This document shows, in pieces, positions 24,818 through 33,847 of a stretch of DNA of 46,111 bases; position 1 is the first letter of the stretch, and each line of letters starts with the position of its first letter. This DNA is from Phycisphaeraceae bacterium (lineage in GTDB: Bacteria; Planctomycetota; Phycisphaerae; Phycisphaerales; UBA1924), in contig WUAJ01000001.1 in NCBI GenBank assembly GCA_009827215.1, positions 1 to 46,111 of the forward strand. Direction: 5' to 3'. The notes below the pieces were generated by a model. The model was given only the letters and a program-made list of their open reading frames with translations. It was not told the origin of the DNA and did not search any database. The position numbers and the translations under genes were made by a program.

Positions 24818-26671
24818 TCAAGGCATCACATCAGCCCGCTGGGACATTACCCAGCGGGTGATTTGTTTTTCAAGCAATGGCAATGGGATCGAGCCGTCCT
24901 TGAGAATCTCATCATGGAATGCACGCAGATCAAACGCATCTCCGAGTTCACGCTCCGCGTATTGGCGCAGTCCCTTGATCGTCAGTAGTCCGATCATGTA
25001 GCCCGTCGCTTGTCCGGGCCAACCGATGTATCGATCAACCTCCGATTCGATGTTGTGGGGCGCTAAGGCACTGTTCTCGATCATGTAGTCGATTGCTTGC
25101 TGACGAGTCCAACCCTTCGCGTGCAGTCCGGTGTCCACAACCAATCGCAACGCTCTCCACATCTCCATGTTGAGCCGACCGAAGTTATCGTATGGATCGC
25201 TGTAGAGTCCATTGGTGGACTTGTCACCCATCTCGAGTCCCAGCGCCTCAGCATAGAGTGCCCAACCCTCTCCGAACGCCGTGAATCCCATCGTTTGCCG
25301 GATCGGGTGCTGGTTCTCGATCTCATCGACAAGTGCGTACTGATGATGGTGTCCCGGCACCGCTTCGTGCATTGTCAGCGCGATCATCTCATAGCGAGGC
25401 CGCTGGTCAAGCTTCGAGCAGTTAGCCATGAAGTAACCTGGAACTCCCGATTGGAGATTCCCAGGGTAGTAATACGCCGTGGGCGCGTTTGCCTCTTGGT
25501 ACTCAGGAAGTCGCTTGACACCGTAGGACAAACGCGGGAGTCGATAGAACAACTCGGACATTCCAGGATCCACGCGTTTGGCAATCGCTTGATACTCCTC
25601 AAGCAGTTCATCCGGATCGTTGTGGTAGAAGCGCGGATCTGTCCGGAGGTAGTTGGTAAACACTGAGAAGAGATGCTCCGGAGTGGTATCGAGGAAACCG
25701 CCGTGGTTTGGATCGGCGATCCAATCGGTCTGGCTGATGACTTGCATCATCTCGCGTTTGATCCGTTCGACCTCACCCAAACCGATGTTGTGGATCGACT
25801 CTGCAGTGATCGTCGGGATGGTCGTGTGCATCGCGAGCGCGGAGTTGTACCCCTCGATGCCGTCGATCCCATCACTGGCACCGAAGGACTCTCGGCATGC
25901 CGGGATGTATTCGTTCTGAAGAAACAACGCGAGTTCCATGAAGACCGGCACGATCCGATCCGCGATGACTGATTGTGCCTCCCTCGCGAGTTCGCTCCTT
26001 TGATCGATACTCGCAAAGGGTGCGTAGAAGGGTGATTGGGACGGATCGTTTCGGATCTCGGCGCTGCACTGTGCGAGTGCTTGTTGCACGGCTGGCTCAA
26101 CCACCACTCTCGGCGGGACGCGTCCTGATTGAATCCCGGCTCGCATGTTGTCGATGTGATCCCCGATCTGGATATCGACGCGCTTGAGCCGGGTGAGGTA
26201 CATCTCCTTGTGCGCCTGCGTGCTCATCGGGAGCCGTGATCCCATTTGAGGGAGCCAGATCTGAGGACCTCCGATCGAGGTGATCGGTGTCTGGAAGCTC
26301 TTGTACCTCGCTCGCTGCTGATTCACGCTCAGTTCGTATTGGAGCAGATCGAAGTCCGTCCGATCCGCTTCGTTGAATCCGGATTGGTCGAGCGAGCGGA
26401 GCTCGTTGAGGAGCTCTCGTTCTGTATCAATCCAGACCTGCTGAGCCGCGGCGGAAACATCGGCGAGCTCATCCAGACGCGACTCATCTTCCAGGATGAA
26501 GTAATAGCTGCTCGGATCACTGTCATAAAGCGCGAGCAAATAGCGATCCATAAATGACCACAACCCTTGATCCCGATCCTCTGGACATGCAGGGAGCTGG
26601 GGCTGTGCGAAGAGCGACATCGGGAACATCAGGATCGTGAAAGCAACGATAATCTGGAGCGTTCTGGGCAT
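24818..26671 (-). CDS. DUF885 family protein (putative secreted metallopeptidase-like)
   Basis: Signature MHEAVPGHHHQ plus EGWALYAE, typical of DUF885. Signal peptide MPRTLQIIVAFTILMFPMSLFA. An alternative GTG start exists at 26704. Confidence 0.85.
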   Translation of the reverse strand: MPRTLQIIVAFTILMFPMSLFAQPQLPACPEDRDQGLWSFMDRYLLALYDSDPSSYYFILEDESRLDELADVSAAAQQVWIDTERELLNELRSLDQSGFNEADRTDFDLLQYELSVNQQRARYKSFQTPITSIGGPQIWLPQMGSRLPMSTQAHKEMYLTRLKRVDIQIGDHIDNMRAGIQSGRVPPRVVVEPAVQQALAQCSAEIRNDPSQSPFYAPFASIDQRSELAREAQSVIADRIVPVFMELALFLQNEYIPACRESFGASDGIDGIEGYNSALAMHTTIPTITAESIHNIGLGEVERIKREMMQVISQTDWIADPNHGGFLDTTPEHLFSVFTNYLRTDPRFYHNDPDELLEEYQAIAKRVDPGMSELFYRLPRLSYGVKRLPEYQEANAPTAYYYPGNLQSGVPGYFMANCSKLDQRPRYEMIALTMHEAVPGHHHQYALVDEIENQHPIRQTMGFTAFGEGWALYAEALGLEMGDKSTNGLYSDPYDNFGRLNMEMWRALRLVVDTGLHAKGWTRQQAIDYMIENSALAPHNIESEVDRYIGWPGQATGYMIGLLTIKGLRQYAERELGDAFDLRAFHDEILKDGSIPLPLLEKQITRWVMSQRADVMP

Positions 26672-26713
26672 GACTGAGCATAGGCGATTGCGAGACCTGA
26701 CCACTGATTAGAG

Positions 26714-26741
26714 TTGCCCCGACAGATCGTGGGTCTAGGAT
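26714..26741 (+). promoter_or_regulatory. Candidate sigma-70-type promoter for tRNA-Gln
   Basis: TTGCCC (26714-19), 16-nt spacer, TAGGAT (26736-41), about 25 nt upstream of the tRNA 5' end. Confidence 0.3.
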
Positions 26742-26766
26742 ACTGTGTCCAGAACGGACAGCATTC

Positions 26767-26837
26767 AGGGGATTGGTGTAACGGTAGCACGAAGGTTTCT
26801 GATACCTTTAGTCAGAGTTCGAATCTCTGATCCCCTA
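26767..26837 (+). tRNA. tRNA-Gln (anticodon CTG)
   Basis: Hand-folded cloverleaf. Acceptor AGGGGAT/ATCCCCT. D stem GTGT/GCAC. Anticodon stem AAGGT/ACCTT with loop TTCTGAT. T arm CAGAG-TTCGAAT-CTCTG. Discriminator A. CCA is not encoded. Confidence 0.9.
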
Positions 26838-26875
26838 TTTCCCATCCATAACTCAATCGATCAAGAATCGCTTCT

Positions 26876-28882
26876 TCACAAGTGGCGTTGTGCCAGTTCG
26901 TCCGAATCATCCGTGAGCTGCATTTTCAGGAGCTGTGCGTATCGACCGTCGGCTTCGAGGAGTTGCTCGTGTGTGCCGACCTCTTGAATAGTGCCGTCTT
27001 CGAGGACCACGATACGGCTCGCGTGACGGATTGTGCTTAATCGATGCGCGATTACGAAACTCGTCCGTGACTCCATGAGTGTCCCAAGTGCTTGCTGAAT
27101 CAATCGCTCAGATTCGGTATCGAGCGAGCTCGTCGCTTCGTCGAGGATCAGGATCTTCGGATCTGCGAGGATGGCGCGAGCGATCGCGATGCGCTGCTTC
27201 TGACCTCCGGAGAGTCGGATGCCTCGCTCTCCGATGACTGTGTCGTAGCCGTGCTCCAGCTCTGAGATGAATGTGTGCGCATTGGCGGCTTCTGCAGCGG
27301 CGATGATATCTTCTTGCGAAGCTCGCCGGCGTGCGTAACCGATGTTCTCTCCCACCGATCCATCGAACAGGAACACATCCTGCTCGACGATCCCGAGCAA
27401 TGATCGGTATTGCTCGATCGGGATATCTCGCAGGTCGATGCCGTCGATCGAGATCCTACCAACAGTGGGATCATCGAAGCGTGCGATCAGGTTGCAGAAA
27501 GTGGTCTTTCCCGCTCCTGAAGCCCCGACGAGCGCGATCGTTTCGCCTGGCGCGATCGAGAGCGAGATGTCGTGCAGGACCTGCTCTCCGCGTTCGATCT
27601 TGCCGCTTTGTGGGTCTTTAGTCTTGGTTCGGATCGGATACGCGTACGCGAGCTCATTGATCTCAAGCTGTCCACGCACGAGCGCCGGTTCGATGCTCCT
27701 GGTTGGTGCTGTGCTCGCGAACTCCTGATCTTCGTCGAGTAGATCGAGCACCCGATCGAGCGCCGCGAGGTTGTTCTGCACATTGGTAGCGCTTGCGACG
27801 AGTGCTTCCAGTGGTCCAAGCAGCGCGAGGAGGTACGCGCTGAACGCCATGAGATCGCCGATCGTGAGGGAGCCGTCGATGACTGCTGTCCCGCCGTAGA
27901 GCAGTACGGCGATCGACGCGACTGGGATCAGGACTTGCCAAACGATCTCGATACTGCGCGCCCACCACCAGGTATAGAGCTCTTGACGCACGAGCAGATG
28001 ACCCTCGCTCGTAAATCGAGCCGCTTCGGCTTGTCGTCGATTGAATGCTCGTACGACGCGCATTCCCGCGAAGGCTTCGGCGCTCATCGCATCGATGCCT
28101 TCTCTTCGAGAACGAATATCTCGGTACATCGGCCGGATGCGCTGGATCCATGTTCTGTGCGAAACCCATATCAATGGGAGCAGCACGATCGCTCCGATGA
28201 CCAAACGCCAATCGATCCAAACAAGCACAACGAGTGTGCCGAGAAACTGGATGATCGCACGCCATGGGTTGTAGATCATCGAGAAGATCAGATCCCCCAC
28301 TCCTCCTGCGTCTTCACGCAGGATCGAGGACACACCTCCTGATTTGAGATGATGGATCCGATGCAGCGGAAGACGCGACGCATGATCGAACACTCGCTTT
28401 CGGAGCGCGACCTGCACGCGTTTGGTGATGCGTGTGCACTGCCAGCGTCCCCACATGCCGAAGATGATCGATCCCGCGGTAATCACGAGCATGACCCCGC
28501 CGAGTTGCCAAATCAGAGCGACCCGATTGGATCGCGAGCCATCATGATCGCCGAGGAACTCAGGGAGCCCTGTGGGGCCTGGCGCATCGGTGATGATGTA
28601 ATCGATCGCAACCTTCGTGCTCATCGGCATCGCGAGTCCCAAGCCGACACTGATCGAGAGTGTCAAGAGCGACGCGACGACGGTCCATTGGAATCCGGAG
28701 AGCAGCTTCCAGAACTGCTTGAGCAATCCCAATGCGCTGCGGCGAGTTCGGGATTCGCGAGCTTTCTGGAGCGAATCATCGACCGATTCGTGGACCTGCT
28801 GAGTGTGCTTGCGGTCTTTGCGACGCTGGAGATACGCACGGAATCGGGATCGGCTGGATTGACTGGAACGCATGCGCGGCAT
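26876..28882 (-). CDS. ABC exporter, fused permease/ATPase (MsbA/type I exporter-like)
   Basis: Six-TM N-terminal domain. Walker A GASGAGKTT, signature LSGGQKQRIAIARA, Walker B ILILDEATS. Start uncertain: ATG at 28882 or 28873 preferred over 28987. Confidence 0.9.
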   Translation of the reverse strand: MPRMRSSQSSRSRFRAYLQRRKDRKHTQQVHESVDDSLQKARESRTRRSALGLLKQFWKLLSGFQWTVVASLLTLSISVGLGLAMPMSTKVAIDYIITDAPGPTGLPEFLGDHDGSRSNRVALIWQLGGVMLVITAGSIIFGMWGRWQCTRITKRVQVALRKRVFDHASRLPLHRIHHLKSGGVSSILREDAGGVGDLIFSMIYNPWRAIIQFLGTLVVLVWIDWRLVIGAIVLLPLIWVSHRTWIQRIRPMYRDIRSRREGIDAMSAEAFAGMRVVRAFNRRQAEAARFTSEGHLLVRQELYTWWWARSIEIVWQVLIPVASIAVLLYGGTAVIDGSLTIGDLMAFSAYLLALLGPLEALVASATNVQNNLAALDRVLDLLDEDQEFASTAPTRSIEPALVRGQLEINELAYAYPIRTKTKDPQSGKIERGEQVLHDISLSIAPGETIALVGASGAGKTTFCNLIARFDDPTVGRISIDGIDLRDIPIEQYRSLLGIVEQDVFLFDGSVGENIGYARRRASQEDIIAAAEAANAHTFISELEHGYDTVIGERGIRLSGGQKQRIAIARAILADPKILILDEATSSLDTESERLIQQALGTLMESRTSFVIAHRLSTIRHASRIVVLEDGTIQEVGTHEQLLEADGRYAQLLKMQLTDDSDELAQRHL

Positions 28883-28962
28883 CGGGAAGTGTAGGAGAGC
28901 ATCTTGCAACTGGCCGAACGAAGCAGTATGCGGTATCGTGGAAGCAAACACGGAGAGTACTC

Positions 28963-30405
28963 TTGAGCACACGACCCAAAATCGCACTGCACTGGCAAAT
29001 CCTCATCGGCTTGATCCTCGGCATCGTCGTGGGGCTCGCGATCAACACGCTGTGGGACGCCTCCACATGGAACTCGATGGGGATCGATGATCCCTCTGCG
29101 TGGGTCAACGGATCAGACATCGAAGCGGTCAATCAAGATCCGAGCATCGCCGCGCGTGCAGCGCTCTTTGTGCGGAATCTCAACGGATTTGTGGGGGATC
29201 TGTTCCTGCGTGGGTTGCGTTTCATCGCCGTCCCGATCGTGGTGTTCAGTCTGATCGTGGGCGCTTCGAGTCTCAATGACCTCTCCAAACTCAGCCGTAT
29301 CGGTGGAAAGACCATCGGGATTTACCTTGTGACCACGGCGGTCGCGATCAGCATTGGACTGCTCTTTGCGAATATCGCGAAGCCTGGATCGTTCGTGAGC
29401 GAAGAAACACGCGACGGATTCGTGGCGCAGTTCGGAGAGCAAGCACAAGAGAAGGTCCTCGCGGCACAGAAACCCGATGTCTGGGACACGGTGCTCAACA
29501 TCGTCCCAAAGAATCCATTCGAAGCGATCGCGGCTGGGAACATGCTGCAGGTAGTCTTCGCGTCGCTCCTTGTCGGGATCGCGCTGACACTGATCAAGCG
29601 CGAGAAAGCGGTTGTCGTCATCAAGTTCTTTGACGCGATGACGGATGTAATCATCAAGATTGTTGAGATCGTGCTGATGATCGCGCCGTATGCCGTGTTC
29701 GCGCTCATTGTTGAGCAGATCGCGGAACTGGGACTGGACATCCTCGGCTCGCTCGCGGCGTACTCACTCGTTGTCGTCGCGGGACTCGCAACGATGATGT
29801 TCATCATCTATCCGCTCGTGCTTCGCGTGCTGACTGGTTCCAGCGGCATCGGTTACGGACGCTTTTTCAGAGCAATCAGTCCAGCGCAGTTGCTCGCATT
29901 CTCCTCAGCTTCATCGTCCGCGACACTCCCAGTCACAATGGAGTGCTGCGAACAGCGGATGGGGATCAAGGAAGAGGTCAGCGCGTTCGTGCTCCCGATC
30001 GGAGCGACCATCAACATGGACGGCACGGCGCTCTACCAAGGGGTCGCGGCGGTCTTCATCGCACAGTTGTATGGCATGGATCTGAGCATCTCGCAGCAAC
30101 TGACCATCGTGCTCACAGCAACGCTCGCATCGATCGGGACGGCTGGGGTTCCAGGGGTCGGGATGATCATGCTCGTGATTGTGCTCCAGAGCGTCGGGAT
30201 CCCGCTCGAGGGGATCGCGGTCATCCTCGGCGTCGATCGGATACTCGACATGTGCAGAACGAGTTGCAATGTGACAGGCGACTGTATGGTCTGCGCCGTG
30301 GTTGCATCGAGCGAGGACGCGATCGAGTCTCCAGAGCAGATTCAAGCTCGGATGAACGCTCCGCTGGATGAAGATCCGGTCGATGAGGGTCGATTGGACG
30401 GCTAG
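28963..30405 (+). CDS. Dicarboxylate/amino acid:cation symporter (DAACS/GltP family)
   Basis: Motifs SSSATLPV, GATINMDGTALY and GVPGVG are characteristic of glutamate/aspartate/C4-dicarboxylate symporters. TTG start at 28963 with GGAG 7 nt upstream; the longer ORF from 28732 was rejected. Confidence 0.88.
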   Translation: MSTRPKIALHWQILIGLILGIVVGLAINTLWDASTWNSMGIDDPSAWVNGSDIEAVNQDPSIAARAALFVRNLNGFVGDLFLRGLRFIAVPIVVFSLIVGASSLNDLSKLSRIGGKTIGIYLVTTAVAISIGLLFANIAKPGSFVSEETRDGFVAQFGEQAQEKVLAAQKPDVWDTVLNIVPKNPFEAIAAGNMLQVVFASLLVGIALTLIKREKAVVVIKFFDAMTDVIIKIVEIVLMIAPYAVFALIVEQIAELGLDILGSLAAYSLVVVAGLATMMFIIYPLVLRVLTGSSGIGYGRFFRAISPAQLLAFSSASSSATLPVTMECCEQRMGIKEEVSAFVLPIGATINMDGTALYQGVAAVFIAQLYGMDLSISQQLTIVLTATLASIGTAGVPGVGMIMLVIVLQSVGIPLEGIAVILGVDRILDMCRTSCNVTGDCMVCAVVASSEDAIESPEQIQARMNAPLDEDPVDEGRLDG

Positions 30406-30433
30406 ATTCCGGTGTGATACCTACACTTGCTCG

Positions 30434-32320
30434 ATGAGCACCGAAACACAGAATCAAGCGACCAATCCGCCGACACTGGATCCCGCGGCACTCCTCGATC
30501 AACGCTTCTGCGATGCGATCCGAGCCGTGATTCCCGATATTCCTGACGATCAGGTGATGGCGCACATCGGTCCATCGCGTCAACCCAAGCTCGGAGATTT
30601 CCAGTCCAACTGTGCGATGCCGATCGCGAAGCGACACGGCATGAAGCCGCGTGATCTTGCGTCCAAGATCGTCGAAGCGATCGATGTCACAGGGATCGCT
30701 CAACCACTGACAGAGGAGTCAATCGCGGGACCCGGATTCATCAATGTCTCACTGCTCCCTGAAGCACTGAACACAGCGCTCCAAGCACTCGATACCGATC
30801 AACTCGGGATCGAAGCACCTCCACAACCCAAAACCATCGTGGTCGATGTCTGCGGCGTCAATCTCGCAAAGCAAATGCATGTGGGACACCTCCGCTCAAC
30901 AGTCATCGGCGACGCGATCGCGAAGCTTCAGGAACGATTGGGTCATGTCGTCAAGCGTCAGAGCCATGTCGGGGATTGGGGACTCCCGATCGCGATGGTC
31001 GTCGAGCGGCTCATCGAGCTTGAAGATTCTGGAACGGATCTGAGCACGATCACACTCGATCAGTTGAACAAGGAATACAAAGCCGCGCAAGCGAAATGCA
31101 AAGCGGAACGCAAGGCGCTGGAGATCATTACGAAAGTCGGCGGACACGCGAAAGCAGAGATAGAACTCGAAGCACGCATCGCGGACGCGGACGAAGCGAT
31201 GGAACGCGCCAAGTCGCGTTTGGTGACGCTGCAAGCTGGCGATGAGCGATCGGTCGCTGTGTGGCAGCGGATCTACGACATCACGATGGGCGCGTGTCTC
31301 GCGACCTGTGAGCGTTTGCACGCGAACATCACGGATGAGCACAGTGCAGGAGAGTCCACCTATCGCGATGAACTTGGACCGCTGGTTGATGACCTGATCT
31401 CGCGTGGGATCGCGGAGGAAGACGACGGGGCGCTGGTTGTGCGTGTCGATGGGATCAAAGAGCCGATGATTATCCGCAAACGCGATGGCGGATTCCTCTA
31501 CGCGACCACAGACCTCGCGGCGATCAAGCGTCGTGCTGGAACGCTTGGGGGTGATGAACTGGTCTACTGCGTCGATGCGCGTCAGTCGCTGCACTTCAAG
31601 CAGGTTTTCGGCGCCGCGCACAAAGCAGGGTACGACATGAATCCACAAGGGAACGCCGCGACGATGGTCCACGCCGCGTTTGGGAATGTGCTTGGTGAGG
31701 ACAACAAACCACTCAAGACGCGTTCAGGCGAGAATGTCCGCTTGACGGATCTGCTCGACGAAGCGGAGCAACGAGCGAAGACAGAGGTCGATGCACGCTC
31801 GAAGGATCTGAGCGAGAAGGAACGCGTCAAAACCGCATCCGCGATCGCGATGGCGGCGGTGAAATACGCAGACCTCTCCACTGAACGCATCCGCGACTAT
31901 GTCTTCTCCTTCGATCGGATGATGGCGTTTGAAGGCGATACAGGTCCATATGTCTTGTACTCAATAGCACGCATCCGCTCCATGTTCCGCAAAGCGGAGG
32001 AGAAAGGCGTGGATATCAACGCCGCTTCGAGCGCCGAGTTCTCACTCAGTGAGCCCGCAGAACGCTCGATGGCGCTGATGGTGCTTCGCTACCCAACAGT
32101 CGTCAATGCTGCTGCAACCAACTACGAGCCCCACCGACTGTGCGGATACCTCTTTGAGCTTGCATCGCTGTTCTCCAAGTTCTATGAGCAGTGTCCCGTG
32201 CTCAAGGACGGCGTGGATGACTCCACAAGAGATGGTCGCTTGCGCCTAAGCATGCTCGCGCTGCGCGTCCTCGAAGATGGCTGCGCCACGCTCGGAATCC
32301 CCACTGTTGAGCGCATGTAA
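30434..32320 (+). CDS. argS: Arginine--tRNA ligase
   Basis: N-terminal Arg_tRNA_synt_N-like region, class I HIGH variant (NLAKQMHVGHLRS), DALR anticodon-binding end and the typical C-terminal ...ERM. Start trimmed to the ATG at 30434. Confidence 0.95.
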   Translation: MSTETQNQATNPPTLDPAALLDQRFCDAIRAVIPDIPDDQVMAHIGPSRQPKLGDFQSNCAMPIAKRHGMKPRDLASKIVEAIDVTGIAQPLTEESIAGPGFINVSLLPEALNTALQALDTDQLGIEAPPQPKTIVVDVCGVNLAKQMHVGHLRSTVIGDAIAKLQERLGHVVKRQSHVGDWGLPIAMVVERLIELEDSGTDLSTITLDQLNKEYKAAQAKCKAERKALEIITKVGGHAKAEIELEARIADADEAMERAKSRLVTLQAGDERSVAVWQRIYDITMGACLATCERLHANITDEHSAGESTYRDELGPLVDDLISRGIAEEDDGALVVRVDGIKEPMIIRKRDGGFLYATTDLAAIKRRAGTLGGDELVYCVDARQSLHFKQVFGAAHKAGYDMNPQGNAATMVHAAFGNVLGEDNKPLKTRSGENVRLTDLLDEAEQRAKTEVDARSKDLSEKERVKTASAIAMAAVKYADLSTERIRDYVFSFDRMMAFEGDTGPYVLYSIARIRSMFRKAEEKGVDINAASSAEFSLSEPAERSMALMVLRYPTVVNAAATNYEPHRLCGYLFELASLFSKFYEQCPVLKDGVDDSTRDGRLRLSMLALRVLEDGCATLGIPTVERM

Positions 32321-32338
32321 AACCCGCACGAATGCGGG
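32319..32338 (-). terminator. Hairpin terminator shared by the convergent argS and porin genes
   Basis: CCCGCA-CGAA-TGCGGG (32323-32338). On the minus strand it is followed by TTTT (32319-22). Confidence 0.5.
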
Positions 32339-32394
32339 CATTGATGAACTCTCTCTCCTGAGTTCAAGAATGTATAAGAATGAATATCAAGTGC

Positions 32395-33606
32395 TCAGAA
32401 GAGCAACTGGATCTGTGCGGTCGCGGCGAACTGACTCGACATCGAGTCAGGGAGCAGGTTGCCGCGGATCGACACGATCGATTCGGTGGTTGGATCCGCG
32501 TAGTGCTGGATTTCCAGTGTAAACTTCGCGGCGTGTGATTCTGGGATGATGTAGTGGTTCCATCCGAAGGTGAAGACATTGAAGTCTGAGTTGCCGCTTG
32601 TTCCAACGACGATTGGGTTGTTGTTGGATGGATCGATCAGATCCCATCGTGCAAAGAACTCGTCTTGATCTGAAACGAACACACCACCTTGCAGGATGTA
32701 TCCACCATCGGTGAGGGTCATGAGTCCCGTGTCCATCGAACGCCAGACCCCGGCGCCGTAGAGATTCCAGCCGTCTCCGAGGTACGACGCGTCCACTGTC
32801 GCGGTCGTCATGTCTGTGGTCGGAGTGGTCGAGGGGTTTGTGCTTCCCATGGCTTGGTGATGCACCGCGGCACCGAGCATGAGTCCAGTGTTAGCTCCCC
32901 TGAACGAGGTGAACTGCTTGTATTGACCCCAGGATGCTTCTCCGAACTTGAGCTCACCACGCAATGTCACTGCATAGTCGGCTTCAGCTCCTGAAGTGTA
33001 AAATGTGTTCTCAGCACCGAATCCGTCATTGAAATGCAGGAAGAGTCTCCAATCTTCCTCAGTGATGATGAGTTCGATCCCTTGCGTAAAGTCTTGGTTG
33101 TAGGTCTCGTTGACTGAAGAACGATCGGTTGCAAGCTGCTTGGTTGACGAGATATTCTCTTCACGAAGGAGCGGTGCCTTATATTGACCGGCTTTGATCG
33201 AGATGGTATCGGTGAGCTTCCAAGTAAGATTCGCATCTTCGAGTATCGCTCGACCACTGGATTGACTGAACGCGAACTTGACCTTGCCTTTGATCTTCTC
33301 GGTCACTTTCGCTTCGAGTCCAAACTTCGTTCGGCGGTTGGTGAACCCGACAGTCAGATCCTCTTCAGGACCCGCGAGCGTTGTGCTATCGTTGTCACGC
33401 TTGTTGACATTGTATCTGAACTGAAGCTGCACACTCGACTTGAATCGCTCTGGGAGTGGTGATCCGATCGCTGATGCATAGACATACTCTTCAGAATTCA
33501 TTGCCCTTGAAAGATCAAGCAGTTCTTCTCTTTCGGCCGCAATCGCTGTTGTTGAAAGTGATGAAGCTGTAGCGAGAAGGACAGCTGCCGTGGTGATGGA
33601 TTTCAC
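32395..33606 (-). CDS. Outer-membrane porin, phosphate-selective porin O/P (OprO/OprP)-like, paralog 1
   Basis: Signal peptide. GFTNRRTKFGLEAKV...LEDANLTWKL...IKAGQYKAPLLREENISSTK matches the Porin_O_P pattern. C-terminal ...QLLF. GTG start. Confidence 0.8.
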   Translation of the reverse strand: MKSITTAAVLLATASSLSTTAIAAEREELLDLSRAMNSEEYVYASAIGSPLPERFKSSVQLQFRYNVNKRDNDSTTLAGPEEDLTVGFTNRRTKFGLEAKVTEKIKGKVKFAFSQSSGRAILEDANLTWKLTDTISIKAGQYKAPLLREENISSTKQLATDRSSVNETYNQDFTQGIELIITEEDWRLFLHFNDGFGAENTFYTSGAEADYAVTLRGELKFGEASWGQYKQFTSFRGANTGLMLGAAVHHQAMGSTNPSTTPTTDMTTATVDASYLGDGWNLYGAGVWRSMDTGLMTLTDGGYILQGGVFVSDQDEFFARWDLIDPSNNNPIVVGTSGNSDFNVFTFGWNHYIIPESHAAKFTLEIQHYADPTTESIVSIRGNLLPDSMSSQFAATAQIQLLF

Positions 33607-33668
33607 ATCAGTCTCCAGTTTGTGGTGTGTTGGTCTTTACAGAGATCACATATGATCTTGACGAACGC

Positions 33669-33722
33669 TTTATAGTCTGTTGACAATCTGAATTGTTAAG
33701 AACTTGCGTTAATTGGTCTTAA
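33669..33722 (-). promoter_or_regulatory. Candidate Pho-type promoter for porin paralog 1: three TTAAxx hexamers plus TATAAA
   Basis: On the minus strand: TTAAGA (33722-17), 4 nt, TTAACG (33712-07), 7 nt, TTAACA (33699-94), 19 nt, TATAAA (33674-69). The hexamers resemble the TT(A/T/C)ACA direct repeats bound by Bacillus PhoP. Confidence 0.3.
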
Positions 33723-33774
33723 CACACTTTCAACTGACTTTGCTGCGACCACTTACGCGATTTTGAGATCACAC

Positions 33775-33809
33775 AAAAAAGAACGCGAGGGATCCGAAGA
33801 TCCCTCGCG
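33775..33809 (-). terminator. Strong rho-independent terminator after porin paralog 2
   Basis: 11-bp GC-rich stem CGCGAGGGATC/GATCCCTCGCG (33784-33809) with a 4-nt loop, followed on the minus strand by TTCTTTTTT. Confidence 0.85.
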
Positions 33810-33847
33810 TGTCACATCAGATGATGTTTGTGATCAGGTTCGCGAAC

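Noticed and set aside
26767-26837. tRNA-Gln as a genomic-island integration site
   Set aside because: No integrase, no duplicated tRNA 3' end noticed nearby, and the flanking genes (DUF885, ABC exporter) have ordinary composition.
28732-28962. N-terminal 77 codons of the symporter ORF (28732..30405)
   Set aside because: This part overlaps the 5' end of the divergent ABC exporter and is non-hydrophobic junk. A TTG at 28963 with a GGAG ribosome-binding site starts exactly at the first TM segment.
30896-31672. 258-aa minus-strand ORF
   Set aside because: It is antisense to argS, whose identity is unambiguous. Arg-rich nonsense translation.
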